47,197 bases of DNA from Bdellovibrionales bacterium (GCA_041690295.1 JAWLHR010000022.1:1-47197); one strand, 5' to 3'; positions 19,801 through 28,782 are shown, counted from the stretch's first letter. A program made the numbers and translations. The notes: a model not told the origin generated them from the letters alone.

Positions 19801-20388
19801 GGCGCGCTCATTCGAGCGGTGACCACTGGAAACTGGTCACCCAGTTCCAGTCCAGCGAAGATGATCTTTATGACGACCGCATCGGGCTCGATCACTCCAT
19901 CGGAACGAATGACCATTCAGTCTGACGGGAAAATCGGGATTGGCACCTCGGTCGCTTCGGAAACTCTTGACGTGAGGGGCTCGGCCCTTTTCTCGGATAG
20001 AGTTTACGCCAGCCATGTTGGCGGAAAAGAGTTCACGAATTACACCTCGGGTTCATCAGCCGGCAATTTCCAAAAGTATTCCGGCAGCGCCATGCAGAGC
20101 GCGTCCGTTGCTGGCTCCGATGTCGCGTACCGGATTACCTTTAACGTATCCGGAACGTTGACCGTACCTGCGGGAACCACCAGTTCGCTGGTTAAAGTCT
20201 TTTTCCGAACCCCGTTCGCGCTCACTCCGATATGCACATTCAGCCCCGCCAATGATGTCGCCGCCAAGCAAGATGCGAAACTTTATATTATGACCGCGAC
20301 AAATTACGCCGATTTAATTATGACCGAAGGGTCCCTCGCTTCGGGAGTGTATATCTACAACGTCATCTGCATGGACAATCGTAACTAG
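16882..20388 (+). CDS. Bdellovibrio-type trimeric fibre adhesin (MAT-like / tail-fibre-like)
   Basis: N-domain FTIEGRLYD...CVFYRETH; LTNVAAPTAATDAVN, KLPLTGGVM, GMIRYN, GKIGIGT and LPIARGGTG fibre motifs. Confidence 0.8.
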   Translation: MERIREVRSGSNRSKPFLGQFGPAFVLLICLLPLEARAANVPSNFTIEGRLYDNSTGQPYNDFVDIKLEIVEQGKTCVFYRETHENVDLTSSETDLQGRFSLMLGAGTSSSGQILTAFGVNPSFKDSDDNNVSDSNGDCASAPTAGSNRAVRIWVKKTTDTTFNKLSPDTILTSTPTSIVAEYLQGKSPSDFVQVKADASTDLTQANLENVFSSTNYPKLQDLLANTFSSDFSLNNQRLTNVAAPTAATDAVNRNWVDTHLGDKAADLSGVNAGTNDGHTIIWDAANNRWTTGAVSATDNTKLPLTGGVMQGPVTFNGHDIYNTGHITMGNQTLLMLGRFSNAQETALALGAADKGRILFNTDQNKIRVWDGFGFVDVGSGVTDLTAGTGINLTGSGNITVSVDVGTGANQIPQLNANGQLGIGTSAVTNGAVLDLWGTTQNTSSLIVPRADTANRPTSPVDGMIRYNTSLAKFEVFEDGSWRDMISSASGDDLGNHMATSNIRLNGQWLSGDGDNEGLYVDNSGNIGAGINTPQRPLHVDGVMRLEPTTLPAGNAGDLAIDSANGNTLNFHNGTSWQTVGTGNGTVTSVELLVPSIMSVTGSPVTSSGTISLGLQNQSANLVFAGPTSGGPGQPSFRTLVASDIPSLDAAKIGSGTLPIARGGTGRTTYDNNALLTTDGSGNITAGVTCTTPGYVMQWNGSDWECAPAASGTVTSVDLSVPSIMSVSGSPVTSSGTISLGLQNQSANLVFAGPPSGGANQPSFRSLVANDIPSLDAAKIGSGTLPIARGGTGRATYNNNAILTTDGSGNIGAGVTCTTPGYVMQWNGSSWACASVSGSGDNLGNHTATQHLAMNGKFVSYDGSPKGLYIDSGGFVGVNTTNAEAELTVYGSDHNVSIKVINANSSSQSWYPQISGINYMGSKAPDGSPQLTVYNSRGTFSSPASLASGDELGIFAFQGQKESGVPMETGWGNGALIRAVTTGNWSPSSSPAKMIFMTTASGSITPSERMTIQSDGKIGIGTSVASETLDVRGSALFSDRVYASHVGGKEFTNYTSGSSAGNFQKYSGSAMQSASVAGSDVAYRITFNVSGTLTVPAGTTSSLVKVFFRTPFALTPICTFSPANDVAAKQDAKLYIMTATNYADLIMTEGSLASGVYIYNVICMDNRN
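18634..19383 (+). repeat. Tandem duplication, 381-bp (127-aa) period, two copies
   Basis: For example AGTCTCGATGCCGCGAAAATCGGAAGTGGAACTTTACCGATCGCGCGCGGAGGAAC at 18820 and 19201. Confidence 0.95.
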
Positions 20389-20978
20389 ATCTCACGTTTC
20401 AACTTTTTAAATTCATCGATCATTTCCGCCAGGGCACGGTCGCGATCCGATTTTTCCGGAAGACGTAAAATCGAAGATGGATGAACTGTCGCATAGGTTT
20501 TCCGATGCCATCGAGATTCAAAAAATCTTCCCCGATAGTTTTTTATCGCCGCGGAAAATCCCAAGGTCGCGCGCAGAGCCGTTGAACCCATACAAACGAT
20601 CAATCGGGGTTGAATGAGATTCACCTCGGATTCCAACCAAATGTTGCACGCTTCAATCTCTTGCGCGTTCGGCTTTAGATGAATCCGCCGTTTACCCACC
20701 CTCTTCCACTTGAAATGTTTAACCGCATTGGTCACGTAAACCGAGCTTCGCGGAATTCCGGCTTCCTTGAGAATGCGATCGAAGAGCCATCCGGCGGGTC
20801 CGACGAACGGCTTTCCTTCGAGATCTTCTTTGTCTCCAGGCTGTTCACCAATCACCAGAATCTTCGCCGTCAGGGAGCCGTCACCCACCACGCCTTGGGT
20901 TGCGTTCTTGTACAAACCACATCGTTGGCAGCTTTGGACGGAAGCGTTCAGCTCTTCGTGCTGATCCGTGCGCGACAT
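20385..20978 (-). CDS. udgX: UdgX-type uracil-DNA glycosylase (family 4, Fe-S)
   Basis: CQRCGL, GEQPG, R-loop KRRIH and TVHPSSILR motifs; start uncertain (20978-21053). Confidence 0.85.
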   Translation of the reverse strand: MSRTDQHEELNASVQSCQRCGLYKNATQGVVGDGSLTAKILVIGEQPGDKEDLEGKPFVGPAGWLFDRILKEAGIPRSSVYVTNAVKHFKWKRVGKRRIHLKPNAQEIEACNIWLESEVNLIQPRLIVCMGSTALRATLGFSAAIKNYRGRFFESRWHRKTYATVHPSSILRLPEKSDRDRALAEMIDEFKKLKREI

Positions 20979-21042
20979 GTAAGCCATAGGAGCAAAAACG
21001 GGACTAAACTCCTCTGGTATGCGCATTGCTGTCACCAAAGGT

Positions 21043-21294
21043 ATGCAACGCATCCTGAAAAGGAACGGCCTACTTTTTACGAATGTGGGGCCTTTTGATC
21101 GCTACGTACGGGTGGTCTTAGGCATTTTGTTACTTGCATTCACGGTTGCCGGGCCCCAGACCGCCTGGGGTTACGTGGGTTTGATTCCTCTGATCACGGG
21201 CGTATTGGGATTTTGCCCGATTTACGCCCTATTCAAGTTCTCCACTTGCCCGACTCGATCGCAGCTTAAGCGCCCGGTCCAAGAGGCGGAATAG
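21043..21294 (+). CDS. DUF2892 (YgaP-like) membrane protein
   Basis: NVGPFDRYVR...GLIPLITG...FCPIY...STC; start uncertain. Confidence 0.8.
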   Translation: MQRILKRNGLLFTNVGPFDRYVRVVLGILLLAFTVAGPQTAWGYVGLIPLITGVLGFCPIYALFKFSTCPTRSQLKRPVQEAE

Positions 21295-21681
21295 GGCCAT
21301 CCCAACCACCATGCTACCGACAAACAAGAAAGGACGGAATTCAAACGTCGATAGCGAAACCAGCCCGGGACCGGGACAATAACCACCCAACCCCCAGCCG
21401 ATACCAAAAATAAAAGAACCAAGAATTAACCGCCCTGTGATGCGGTCTTGTGTGGGGCGGCGCCACTCCTCGGCCAGGATCGGTCGCGGTACTTTGCGGG
21501 ACAAGGCGAACGCGACGGCATGAACCCCCACCGCACCGACCATCACAAACAAAAGCGCCATATCCCATTCACCAAAGAGATCTAAAAATCCAACTATCTT
21601 CTGAGGCTGGGTCATACCCGAGATGCCGAGACCCACGGCAAAGATCAGACCGACAAAAAAGGAAACGAGAACGTTTTTCAT
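21229..21681 (-). CDS. YeeE/YedE-family sulfur-compound transporter, second half
   Basis: FAVGLGISGMTQPQKI-GFLD...FGIGWGLGGYCPGP. Confidence 0.85.
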   Translation of the reverse strand: MKNVLVSFFVGLIFAVGLGISGMTQPQKIVGFLDLFGEWDMALLFVMVGAVGVHAVAFALSRKVPRPILAEEWRRPTQDRITGRLILGSFIFGIGWGLGGYCPGPGLVSLSTFEFRPFLFVGSMVVGMALFRLLDRALKLRSSRASGELE

Positions 21682-22070
21682 AAGACCCACACCGTCAAGA
21701 TTCCCGCGAGCATGAATGTAACGGTGGCGATAAGCGAACGCGGTGAAATCCGGCTCACACCGCAAATGCCGTGGCCACTAGTGCATCCACTGCCCATCAC
21801 GGTTCCAAACCCAACCAGCAGGCCCGCCATCGCCACGGTCCAATCCGGAGTGGAAAGTTGGCCCGAGAACGCTTCAGGCAAAAACCAACGCAGGATAAGA
21901 CCGCCGCTGAAAAGTCCCGCAAGAAAAGCCCACCGCCACAAGGCATCACTTTTTTGTGGCGTGAGCGCACCGTTGAGGATTCCGCTCACGCCGGTGACTC
22001 GACCATTAAAAATCCACATCATAGAAACGGCGATGCCGATCAGGACCCCGCCCAATATCGCTAGTGTCAT
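21678..22070 (-). CDS. YeeE/YedE-family sulfur-compound transporter, first half
   Basis: GGVLIG...GRVTGVSG...GSGCTSGHGICG; 4-bp overlap with the next gene. Confidence 0.85.
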   Translation of the reverse strand: MTLAILGGVLIGIAVSMMWIFNGRVTGVSGILNGALTPQKSDALWRWAFLAGLFSGGLILRWFLPEAFSGQLSTPDWTVAMAGLLVGFGTVMGSGCTSGHGICGVSRISPRSLIATVTFMLAGILTVWVL

Positions 22071-22188
22071 AGGATGTTCATTATAGTGCCTTTATGCCGT
22101 TGTGAAGGGGAAGTTCGGGACGTCATTCAAATAAGCGCCACGATCCCGCCAAATGACAATTGCACTGTTGTTGCAAGTTCGTGCGTCT

Positions 22189-23394
22189 ATGAGTTTGGAC
22201 CTATTGAATACCAAAGGCATTCCCGTAAAAAAACAAGGCTTCACCTGGAAGGATCTGGTTCGCGCGCCGATCAGCAAATTGGACTCGGACGCTTACACGA
22301 AAATTCGAATCATTCTGATGAACGGAATTGAACATGAAGCGCTTCGTTTCTCCCATGCCTGCGCCCGGATGAATGCCGACTTACAAGCCGACCTCGCCAT
22401 CATTCGCCGCGTGGAGCACCACCAGGAAACCATGATCAATTGGCTGCTTCCGCCGGACATGTCGCCGCTTGAAACCACAATCGCCTACGAGCAAGTCGCC
22501 ATCGAGGTCACCGCGGCAGTGGCGCAGATGGAACCGGATGAATACCTTTCGCAGGTTTACCGCTTTGGGCTCCTTGAAGACTTTGACCACCTTTATCGCT
22601 ACTCCGCCTTGATGGATCGCCTTGAGGGAAAGGACGCGAGTCAGATTCTTCAGGGTTATACGGATATTCTGCCCGGTCGCCCGACCATCGATGAACACCG
22701 CCATCCCATCGATGATCTTCGCAAACCCTATGACAAAAAGTTCGCGCTACCGATCACGAAGATGCACGCGCTCACCATCTTATCCGGCGAGCAGCAGACC
22801 CATAACTACTATTTAAATATCGGTCCGCTTTTCGCCGATCCGGTGGCCCGTCTGCTTTACGCCGAAATCGCTTCCATCGAAGAGCAACACGTGACCCAGT
22901 ATGAATCCATCGTGGATCCCACTGAGACCTGGTTGGAAAAGTGGCTGCTTCATGAAGCCAATGAAGTTTACAATTACTATTCCTGCGCCGAGCAGGAAAC
23001 CGACTCTAGAATCCGATCCATCTGGGAAAGATTTCTGGATTATGAACTTGGCCATTTGAATCACGTGTGCGAGCTTTTTAAAAAATACGAGCGTCGCGAC
23101 CCGGCCGAGGTTCTGGCCGAAGAACTTCCCGCACCGATTCAATACACGAGCCAGCGCGAATTCGTGCGCAAGACATTGGCCAATGAAGTTGACCTCAGGG
23201 CCGACGCCACCACTTTTGTTCCCAAAGACAAAGAGCCCGAACGATCACTGAAACACCGATCGAAGATCAATTCCCAAGGCTCGCCGTCAGAGGCCGTAGC
23301 CAGCGATTACCGCTGGATTCCCGGCGGCGAGATCAATGCCCGAGAGGAAGGAGCTATTCATGCATCCGGAGACCATCTCCACCATTCGCCGTGA
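22189..23394 (+). CDS. Tandem ferritin-like di-metal domain protein
   Basis: Repeated E...H ligand motifs (EHHQ, EDFDH, EQQTH, EEQH, ELGH) in helical context. Confidence 0.65.
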   Translation: MSLDLLNTKGIPVKKQGFTWKDLVRAPISKLDSDAYTKIRIILMNGIEHEALRFSHACARMNADLQADLAIIRRVEHHQETMINWLLPPDMSPLETTIAYEQVAIEVTAAVAQMEPDEYLSQVYRFGLLEDFDHLYRYSALMDRLEGKDASQILQGYTDILPGRPTIDEHRHPIDDLRKPYDKKFALPITKMHALTILSGEQQTHNYYLNIGPLFADPVARLLYAEIASIEEQHVTQYESIVDPTETWLEKWLLHEANEVYNYYSCAEQETDSRIRSIWERFLDYELGHLNHVCELFKKYERRDPAEVLAEELPAPIQYTSQREFVRKTLANEVDLRADATTFVPKDKEPERSLKHRSKINSQGSPSEAVASDYRWIPGGEINAREEGAIHASGDHLHHSP

Positions 23395-23956
23395 ATACTT
23401 CATGAACGCCCCTAAAGTGGGAAGTATCGAACCCCCTGAGCAAAAAACCATACTCACCACCACCGGCCGGCGCTTGCTCGTGGACAAACTGGGTGAGCGA
23501 TTGGCTTTCGAACGCACCGGTGTGCGCCTTTATGAGGCCGTAATTTTAAAATGCGGTGCCAGCGCCCTCGATCTGCCCACCGACAGGTTACGTGAAATTC
23601 GCGACCAAGAGATCGAGCATTTCTTTTTACTTCAAGACGCCATTCGCGAATTAGGGGCTGATCCAACCGTGCAAACACCTTGCGCCGATGTGATCGGTGT
23701 GGCCTCCGCTGGACTCTTACAGGTGGTCACCGACTCACGCACGGATATGGCGCAAACATTAAATGCCATTCTTACCGCCGAACTCACCGATAACGCGGGT
23801 TGGGAACTTCTGATTGAACTTTGTTTACAAGAAGAGCTTTCCGATCTCGCCGATCGATTCCGCCGGGCCTATCGCCAAGAAGCGGAACACTTAACGACAA
23901 TAAAATCGCTTCTCACCGAAATGATGACCACTCCTGGACGCACTCTGGAAAGTTAG
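23360..23956 (+). CDS. Ferritin-like domain protein
   Basis: ERLAFERTGVRLYE...EIEH...AELTDNAGWELL...EAEH; SD GGAG. Confidence 0.75.
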   Translation: MHPETISTIRREYFMNAPKVGSIEPPEQKTILTTTGRRLLVDKLGERLAFERTGVRLYEAVILKCGASALDLPTDRLREIRDQEIEHFFLLQDAIRELGADPTVQTPCADVIGVASAGLLQVVTDSRTDMAQTLNAILTAELTDNAGWELLIELCLQEELSDLADRFRRAYRQEAEHLTTIKSLLTEMMTTPGRTLES

Positions 23957-24393
23957 AAGACCGAAGCAATGGTCCGAATGATCGCGGGCGGCGGTTGATT
24001 TTGCGTGCAGCTTTCGACGATCAAAACCGCCACACCTTTTTCAACCATGCCCAGCTTTTCGGCCGCGGCCAAAGACAGGTCAAGACTTCGACCCTTAATA
24101 TAAGGACCACGGTCATTGATGGTCACGGTCACCGATTTGCCGTTTTCTGGATTGGTGACTTTCAAGCGTGTACCGAAGGGTAGGGTTTTATGTGCGGCTG
24201 TCATTTCCCGGGCGGTATAGATTTCGCCGTTGGCTGTTCTTCGCCCGATGAAATTGCCGGCATACCACGAAGCTTTCGCCGTCGAGATCATGCAAGCGGG
24301 TGGCTTTTGCGTTTGGCGCGAAGCCGATCCCAAACTGAGAATGGAAAGCGCGACCAGAGTTAAGACTTTGGCCGCGGAACCTACGTACCGCAT
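23953..24393 (-). CDS. rlpA: RlpA-family lytic transglycosylase (double-psi beta-barrel)
   Basis: ASWY...TANGE...TAAHKTLPFGT...INDRGPY...LDLS; no SPOR domain. Confidence 0.88.
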   Translation of the reverse strand: MRYVGSAAKVLTLVALSILSLGSASRQTQKPPACMISTAKASWYAGNFIGRRTANGEIYTAREMTAAHKTLPFGTRLKVTNPENGKSVTVTINDRGPYIKGRSLDLSLAAAEKLGMVEKGVAVLIVESCTQNQPPPAIIRTIASVF

Positions 24394-24518
24394 ACCTAAT
24401 TTATCGGAATTCTGACGACAAACCTGACAGTGCCCGACTCGAATTGGGTCGCTCGACTTTCGGCTGGCCAAAAAATCTCGCCGATGCTTCACGAATTGAA
24501 ATTTGATACGTTTTCATT

Positions 24519-24974
24519 GTGAGCCGATATCCGCACAAGCGCACTTTTCTAGGGCTACTCGTTCGTCCACAGCAGCAGTTGCGATTCGCGTTACTTTTCA
24601 CCGGTGGCGCCATGCTGATCATCACGGCCCTTGTAGCGCTGACAACCATCGTTTTCAACCGGACCCTAATCACGCTCACCGAAAACCACCAAGTGGACCT
24701 TGAAGTCGGTTATCTCATTCGAGACACGATGATTTATCCGTTTTTTCTTTTTCTGCTGGGCGCGTTCGCACTGGGACTTTTTTGTATTATTTTGGGTATC
24801 CGATTAAGTAACCGGCTTTACGGGCCCCTCATTCCGTTGCAGCGACATATCCGCAACTTGATTGAAGGCCATTATGGCTCCCGCGTGGTTTTGCGCCGAA
24901 ATGACGAACTCACGGAATTGCGGGATTCCCTTAACGAGTTGGCGGCGGTTCTTGAAGCCCGTCACCCAAAATAA
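24519..24974 (+). CDS. Two-TM HAMP-domain protein
   Basis: SNRLYGPL...G-Y...LRRNDELTEL...LN pattern after two hydrophobic helices. Confidence 0.7.
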   Translation: MSRYPHKRTFLGLLVRPQQQLRFALLFTGGAMLIITALVALTTIVFNRTLITLTENHQVDLEVGYLIRDTMIYPFFLFLLGAFALGLFCIILGIRLSNRLYGPLIPLQRHIRNLIEGHYGSRVVLRRNDELTELRDSLNELAAVLEARHPK

Positions 24975-24980
24975 TCCGAC

Positions 24981-25784
24981 ATGGCTCGACCCAATCCAAA
25001 GCGCCAAATCCTGACCTTTCTGGCCCTGACCTTCGGTCTAGGATTTTTGATCCAGATCCTCATCATCATCCAAGTGGGGACGACCAACACTTTTCTCATG
25101 TTTCCCCTGATGTGGGTGCCGGGTGCTGTCGCTCTTTGGTGTTCCAATCACTTTGGAAATCGTTTTCGTGACCTCGCCTTCGTGGCGCCCGGTCGCCGAT
25201 CATTGATCACGGCTTACGTGATTCCGATTTCCGCCCTGATTCTGACCTGTCTCATTTTGATACTATTGAAAATCGGTGAGTTTCACGCGCCCACGAATTG
25301 GTTTCGTACGTTGATTTTCCAGCCCACTTTGGGAGTTTTGTTCACCGGCTTATTCGTCTTGGGTGAGGAACTCGGCTGGCGGGGTTTCTTACACAACCAG
25401 TTCTCAAGACTGCATTTTCGTGACCCGGTTTTAATCATTTCCGCGCTATGGGCGATTTGGCATTGGCCGCTGATCTTGTTTTCGAACTATGCGCCCTCAC
25501 CCTACCCTTTGCTGAGCTTGGCGAGTTTCACGATTTGCATCGTTTCGTTCGGAGTGATTCTTGGTTGGTTGCGCAATTTCTCCCGTTCGGTGTTCCCGTG
25601 CATTCTGGCTCACGCCGTACACGACACGGGAATGCAAAACATTCTTCCCGATCTTTTTACGCCAGGGGAACTCACCCCTTATTTCAGTGGTGAGGCTGGT
25701 TTTATTTTGCCTCTGATTTATTTGGTGACCGCGGTCGGGCTCACTCGCTTTAGCGCACGGCCGCGCCGCCACCGAAATCCATGA
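24981..25784 (+). CDS. CPBP (CAAX/Abi) intramembrane glutamic endopeptidase
   Basis: GEELGWRG, WAIWHWP and AHAVHD motifs. Confidence 0.88.
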   Translation: MARPNPKRQILTFLALTFGLGFLIQILIIIQVGTTNTFLMFPLMWVPGAVALWCSNHFGNRFRDLAFVAPGRRSLITAYVIPISALILTCLILILLKIGEFHAPTNWFRTLIFQPTLGVLFTGLFVLGEELGWRGFLHNQFSRLHFRDPVLIISALWAIWHWPLILFSNYAPSPYPLLSLASFTICIVSFGVILGWLRNFSRSVFPCILAHAVHDTGMQNILPDLFTPGELTPYFSGEAGFILPLIYLVTAVGLTRFSARPRRHRNP

Positions 25785-26433
25785 AGAATCCAGCGGAACC
25801 GGAATTATTGCTGTAACCCACCGATGTCGGACTAACCGTCGATGGTTTTTTCTCTGGAACAGGAGCCGGCTTGGTGTCTTTTGAAGCGATGGCCGTGCCG
25901 CCGGTGAACCGGCTGCCGTAGGCTTCTTTCGCGGCCATCTGCCAAGTCATGTTGCGACCTCGTCCGTACTTGGCGATGTACGTATCGGGAGCCCACTCGA
26001 TGCAACGTCCACCTTTCGTCTTCGCACAAATACCCTTGAAGATATCGATGTCATTTCCATGGATCCAACCGCCGGTGTCGGCGATGATCACTTTGTTAAT
26101 CTTCTTTCCTTTAAGTGGTCCCCAGGGACAGGTGTAGGTCGGGACTTTAACGACGGATCCGACCTTCCGACCTTTGGCCGCCGCACCGTGAACACAAGGG
26201 GTGATACAGTTGTTTCTGTGGCCGACACCGTAAGGGCAATATTTCGCCTTGAAAGGCACCCAACCTCGTCGTTTGCCGCCGTACCAGTAAAGCTGGCCGT
26301 TGCTAATCTTATTGCCTTCGATCGCGGAACTCGAGAGGGATCCAACTGTTGTGTAATACTCCGTGATCTTGGCCGAAGCGATTGAACTGAACCCAAACAC
26401 CACAATAATAGAAAGTATTCTTAAAAAACCCAT
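25750..26433 (-). CDS. Secreted 3D-domain (MltA-like) protein
   Basis: Signal peptide; ADTGGWIHGNDIDIF matches the 3D DTG...IDI motif. Confidence 0.65.
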   Translation of the reverse strand: MGFLRILSIIVVFGFSSIASAKITEYYTTVGSLSSSAIEGNKISNGQLYWYGGKRRGWVPFKAKYCPYGVGHRNNCITPCVHGAAAKGRKVGSVVKVPTYTCPWGPLKGKKINKVIIADTGGWIHGNDIDIFKGICAKTKGGRCIEWAPDTYIAKYGRGRNMTWQMAAKEAYGSRFTGGTAIASKDTKPAPVPEKKPSTVSPTSVGYSNNSGSAGFFMDFGGGAAVR

Positions 26434-26530
26434 GCCCAAGCCTATTTCACGCCCGGTGCCGCGCCAAATGCGATTTATGTCTCATTCTGAGATCAAGTAT
26501 TTACGGGTGGCTAACAATTTTCGGCACGTC

Positions 26531-28036
26531 TTAAGCCCGCGAGCGAAAACCCGTGGGGCGAGGCTTGGAGAGGCCCGCCTCAAGCTGGCGAGAAAGCCTC
26601 ACAAACGGCAGCCCAATCAAGAAGTAGATAAGGGCGGTTAAAAGACCCAAACCCAAGTAATCAAAATACGTCGATGCCAGTTGCCCATAGGTGTTGGTGA
26701 GTTCGACCATGGTGATAATCGAAACCAGCGACGAGTCTTTGAGAAGCGCGATGAAATCGTTCGTGACCGGCGGAATCACCAAGCGCATGGCCTGGGGAAG
26801 AACAATATGGCGCAAAGTCTGCCGGCGATTCAGGCCCAATGCGCGGGACGCATCCACCTGGGATTGGGGTATGGAGAGGATCCCGGCTCGATAATTCTCC
26901 GCCTCACAGGCGCCATAGTTCAAACCGAGGCCGACCACGGCGGATAAGAACGGATCCAATCTGATCCCGATGTGGGGTAAGCCATAAAAAATCAAAAAAA
27001 GCTGGATCAGGAGAGGCGTCCCGCGAAAGATCTCAATGAACGAAATCGCCAGCCACCTAATCGGCCATGGCCCGTAAAGCCGGCTCAAAGCCACAACCAA
27101 GCCCACCACCATCGCCAAGAACATGGAAACAATGGAAATGTGCAGGGTCATCATCGCTCCCTTCCCCAGGAGCGGCAAAAAACTGATGTAACGTTCGATG
27201 CGTTCCTTAAAACTCACCTCGGCGAACGCGGTTTTTACGAATCTCTGGTATTCGACGGCTTCGCTTTCAGGCGCCTCGGACATGCCCCAGGCTTTAGCGG
27301 TCATCGAATTCCAAAGCCCCCAGCGCTCAAGGATTCTCCTAATGGTGCCATCGCGAATCAGTTCCGCCACCGCCTCATCGATTTTGGCGGAAAGAGGATC
27401 GTTCTTACGGGTAGCGATCCCATATTCCATATAGCCGACCAGTTCACCAACGTTCTTTAGCCGCTCATTCGGTTCGGCATAATAAAGAGCGATCGGCTCA
27501 TCCATTAAAACCGCATCAACCCGGCCCGTGAGCAAATCGGCATACATATTCACTTCGTCGGCGTAGGTGATCACCTGCATGGGGAAGGATTGCTCGGCCA
27601 GAATTCTTTGCGCGAGTGAGGCCGCCAACGTGGCGACTTTTTTACCTTCACAATCTTCAAGGGTTTTAATTTCCTCGTTGGTGCTGGCGACGGTCAGGCG
27701 TTCGGCGGTGATGTAATAGGGCCTCGAGAAATTCACCACCTCACGGCGATCGGGAGTGATTTCAAGACCATTCACCACGATATCGTAGTCACCGCGGTTC
27801 AATCCTTGGATCAGCCCTTCCCAATTATTTTGATGAAACTGCACGGTCATCCCGAGCTTTTTCGCTATGGCTTCAACGATTTCGGCTTCAAAGCCGATGA
27901 TTTTCTTAGGATCAGCGGGATCTTTAAATGAAAACGGCGCACCGGCTTCGATATCGGCACCCCAGCGAAGAACCTCTTGCGAGAAACCGACGGGACTCCA
28001 AACGATCAAAGCCAATAGAGGTGCGAGCCACTTCAT
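26531..28036 (-). CDS. Polar amino-acid ABC transporter, fused substrate-binding + permease
   Basis: SBP_bac_3 domain followed by FRGTPLLIQL...AENYRAGI...LLKDSSL. Confidence 0.92.
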   Translation of the reverse strand: MKWLAPLLALIVWSPVGFSQEVLRWGADIEAGAPFSFKDPADPKKIIGFEAEIVEAIAKKLGMTVQFHQNNWEGLIQGLNRGDYDIVVNGLEITPDRREVVNFSRPYYITAERLTVASTNEEIKTLEDCEGKKVATLAASLAQRILAEQSFPMQVITYADEVNMYADLLTGRVDAVLMDEPIALYYAEPNERLKNVGELVGYMEYGIATRKNDPLSAKIDEAVAELIRDGTIRRILERWGLWNSMTAKAWGMSEAPESEAVEYQRFVKTAFAEVSFKERIERYISFLPLLGKGAMMTLHISIVSMFLAMVVGLVVALSRLYGPWPIRWLAISFIEIFRGTPLLIQLFLIFYGLPHIGIRLDPFLSAVVGLGLNYGACEAENYRAGILSIPQSQVDASRALGLNRRQTLRHIVLPQAMRLVIPPVTNDFIALLKDSSLVSIITMVELTNTYGQLASTYFDYLGLGLLTALIYFLIGLPFVRLSRQLEAGLSKPRPTGFRSRA

Positions 28037-28782
28037 AGAAAATGCCTCAAGAAGTTTCGTGTGCTTTCGTGTTCAGGTTGGCCGAAGATTTTCTCCGGCG
28101 GGCCCATTTCCACAATTCGGCCGTCTTGCAGGAAGACCACCCGATCGGCCACATCCCGGGCAAAACGCATTTCGTGCGTGACCACAATTTGAGTCATGCC
28201 TTCCGAATCCAATTGCTTCATCACACGGAGCACTTCATCGACGAGCGTGGGGTCCAAGGCACTGGTGGGTTCATCGTAAAGCATAAGGTGCGGGCTCATG
28301 GCCAAGGCGCGGGCGATCGCCGCCCTTTGCTGCTGGCCCCCTGAGATTTGATGGGGATAATGATCAGCTTTTTCGCTAAGGCCCACTTTGGTTAAAAGCT
28401 CTTCAGCCTTATCGGCCGCCTCGGTCCGGCTCATTCCCTTCACCACCATGGGCGCCTTCATCAGGTTTTCGATCACGCTTAAGTGGGGAAAAAGATTGAA
28501 GCTTTGAAAAACCATGCCCACTTTCTGGCGCACGGATTGGGTGCGGCGGTTGAACTCCCGCTCGCCGATCTCACTGGGGCTTCTGAGCTGGGTCCCCTCC
28601 ACATCGATGACCCCACTATCCAAGGCTTCAAGGCCGTTAATACATCGAAGCAGCGTGGATTTTCCACAACCCGAGGGGCCGATCACCGCGACCAAATCCC
28701 CCGGCTCCACCGATAACGAGATCTCATCAATCACGGTTCGGCCGTGAAACTTCTTTGAGGCCTTCTCGATTTTTACCAGCAT
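28033..28782 (-). CDS. Polar amino-acid ABC transporter ATP-binding protein (GlnQ-like)
   Basis: GPSGCGKS, ISGGQQQR, YDEPTSALD, VTHEM. Confidence 0.95.
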   Translation of the reverse strand: MLVKIEKASKKFHGRTVIDEISLSVEPGDLVAVIGPSGCGKSTLLRCINGLEALDSGVIDVEGTQLRSPSEIGEREFNRRTQSVRQKVGMVFQSFNLFPHLSVIENLMKAPMVVKGMSRTEAADKAEELLTKVGLSEKADHYPHQISGGQQQRAAIARALAMSPHLMLYDEPTSALDPTLVDEVLRVMKQLDSEGMTQIVVTHEMRFARDVADRVVFLQDGRIVEMGPPEKIFGQPEHESTRNFLRHFL

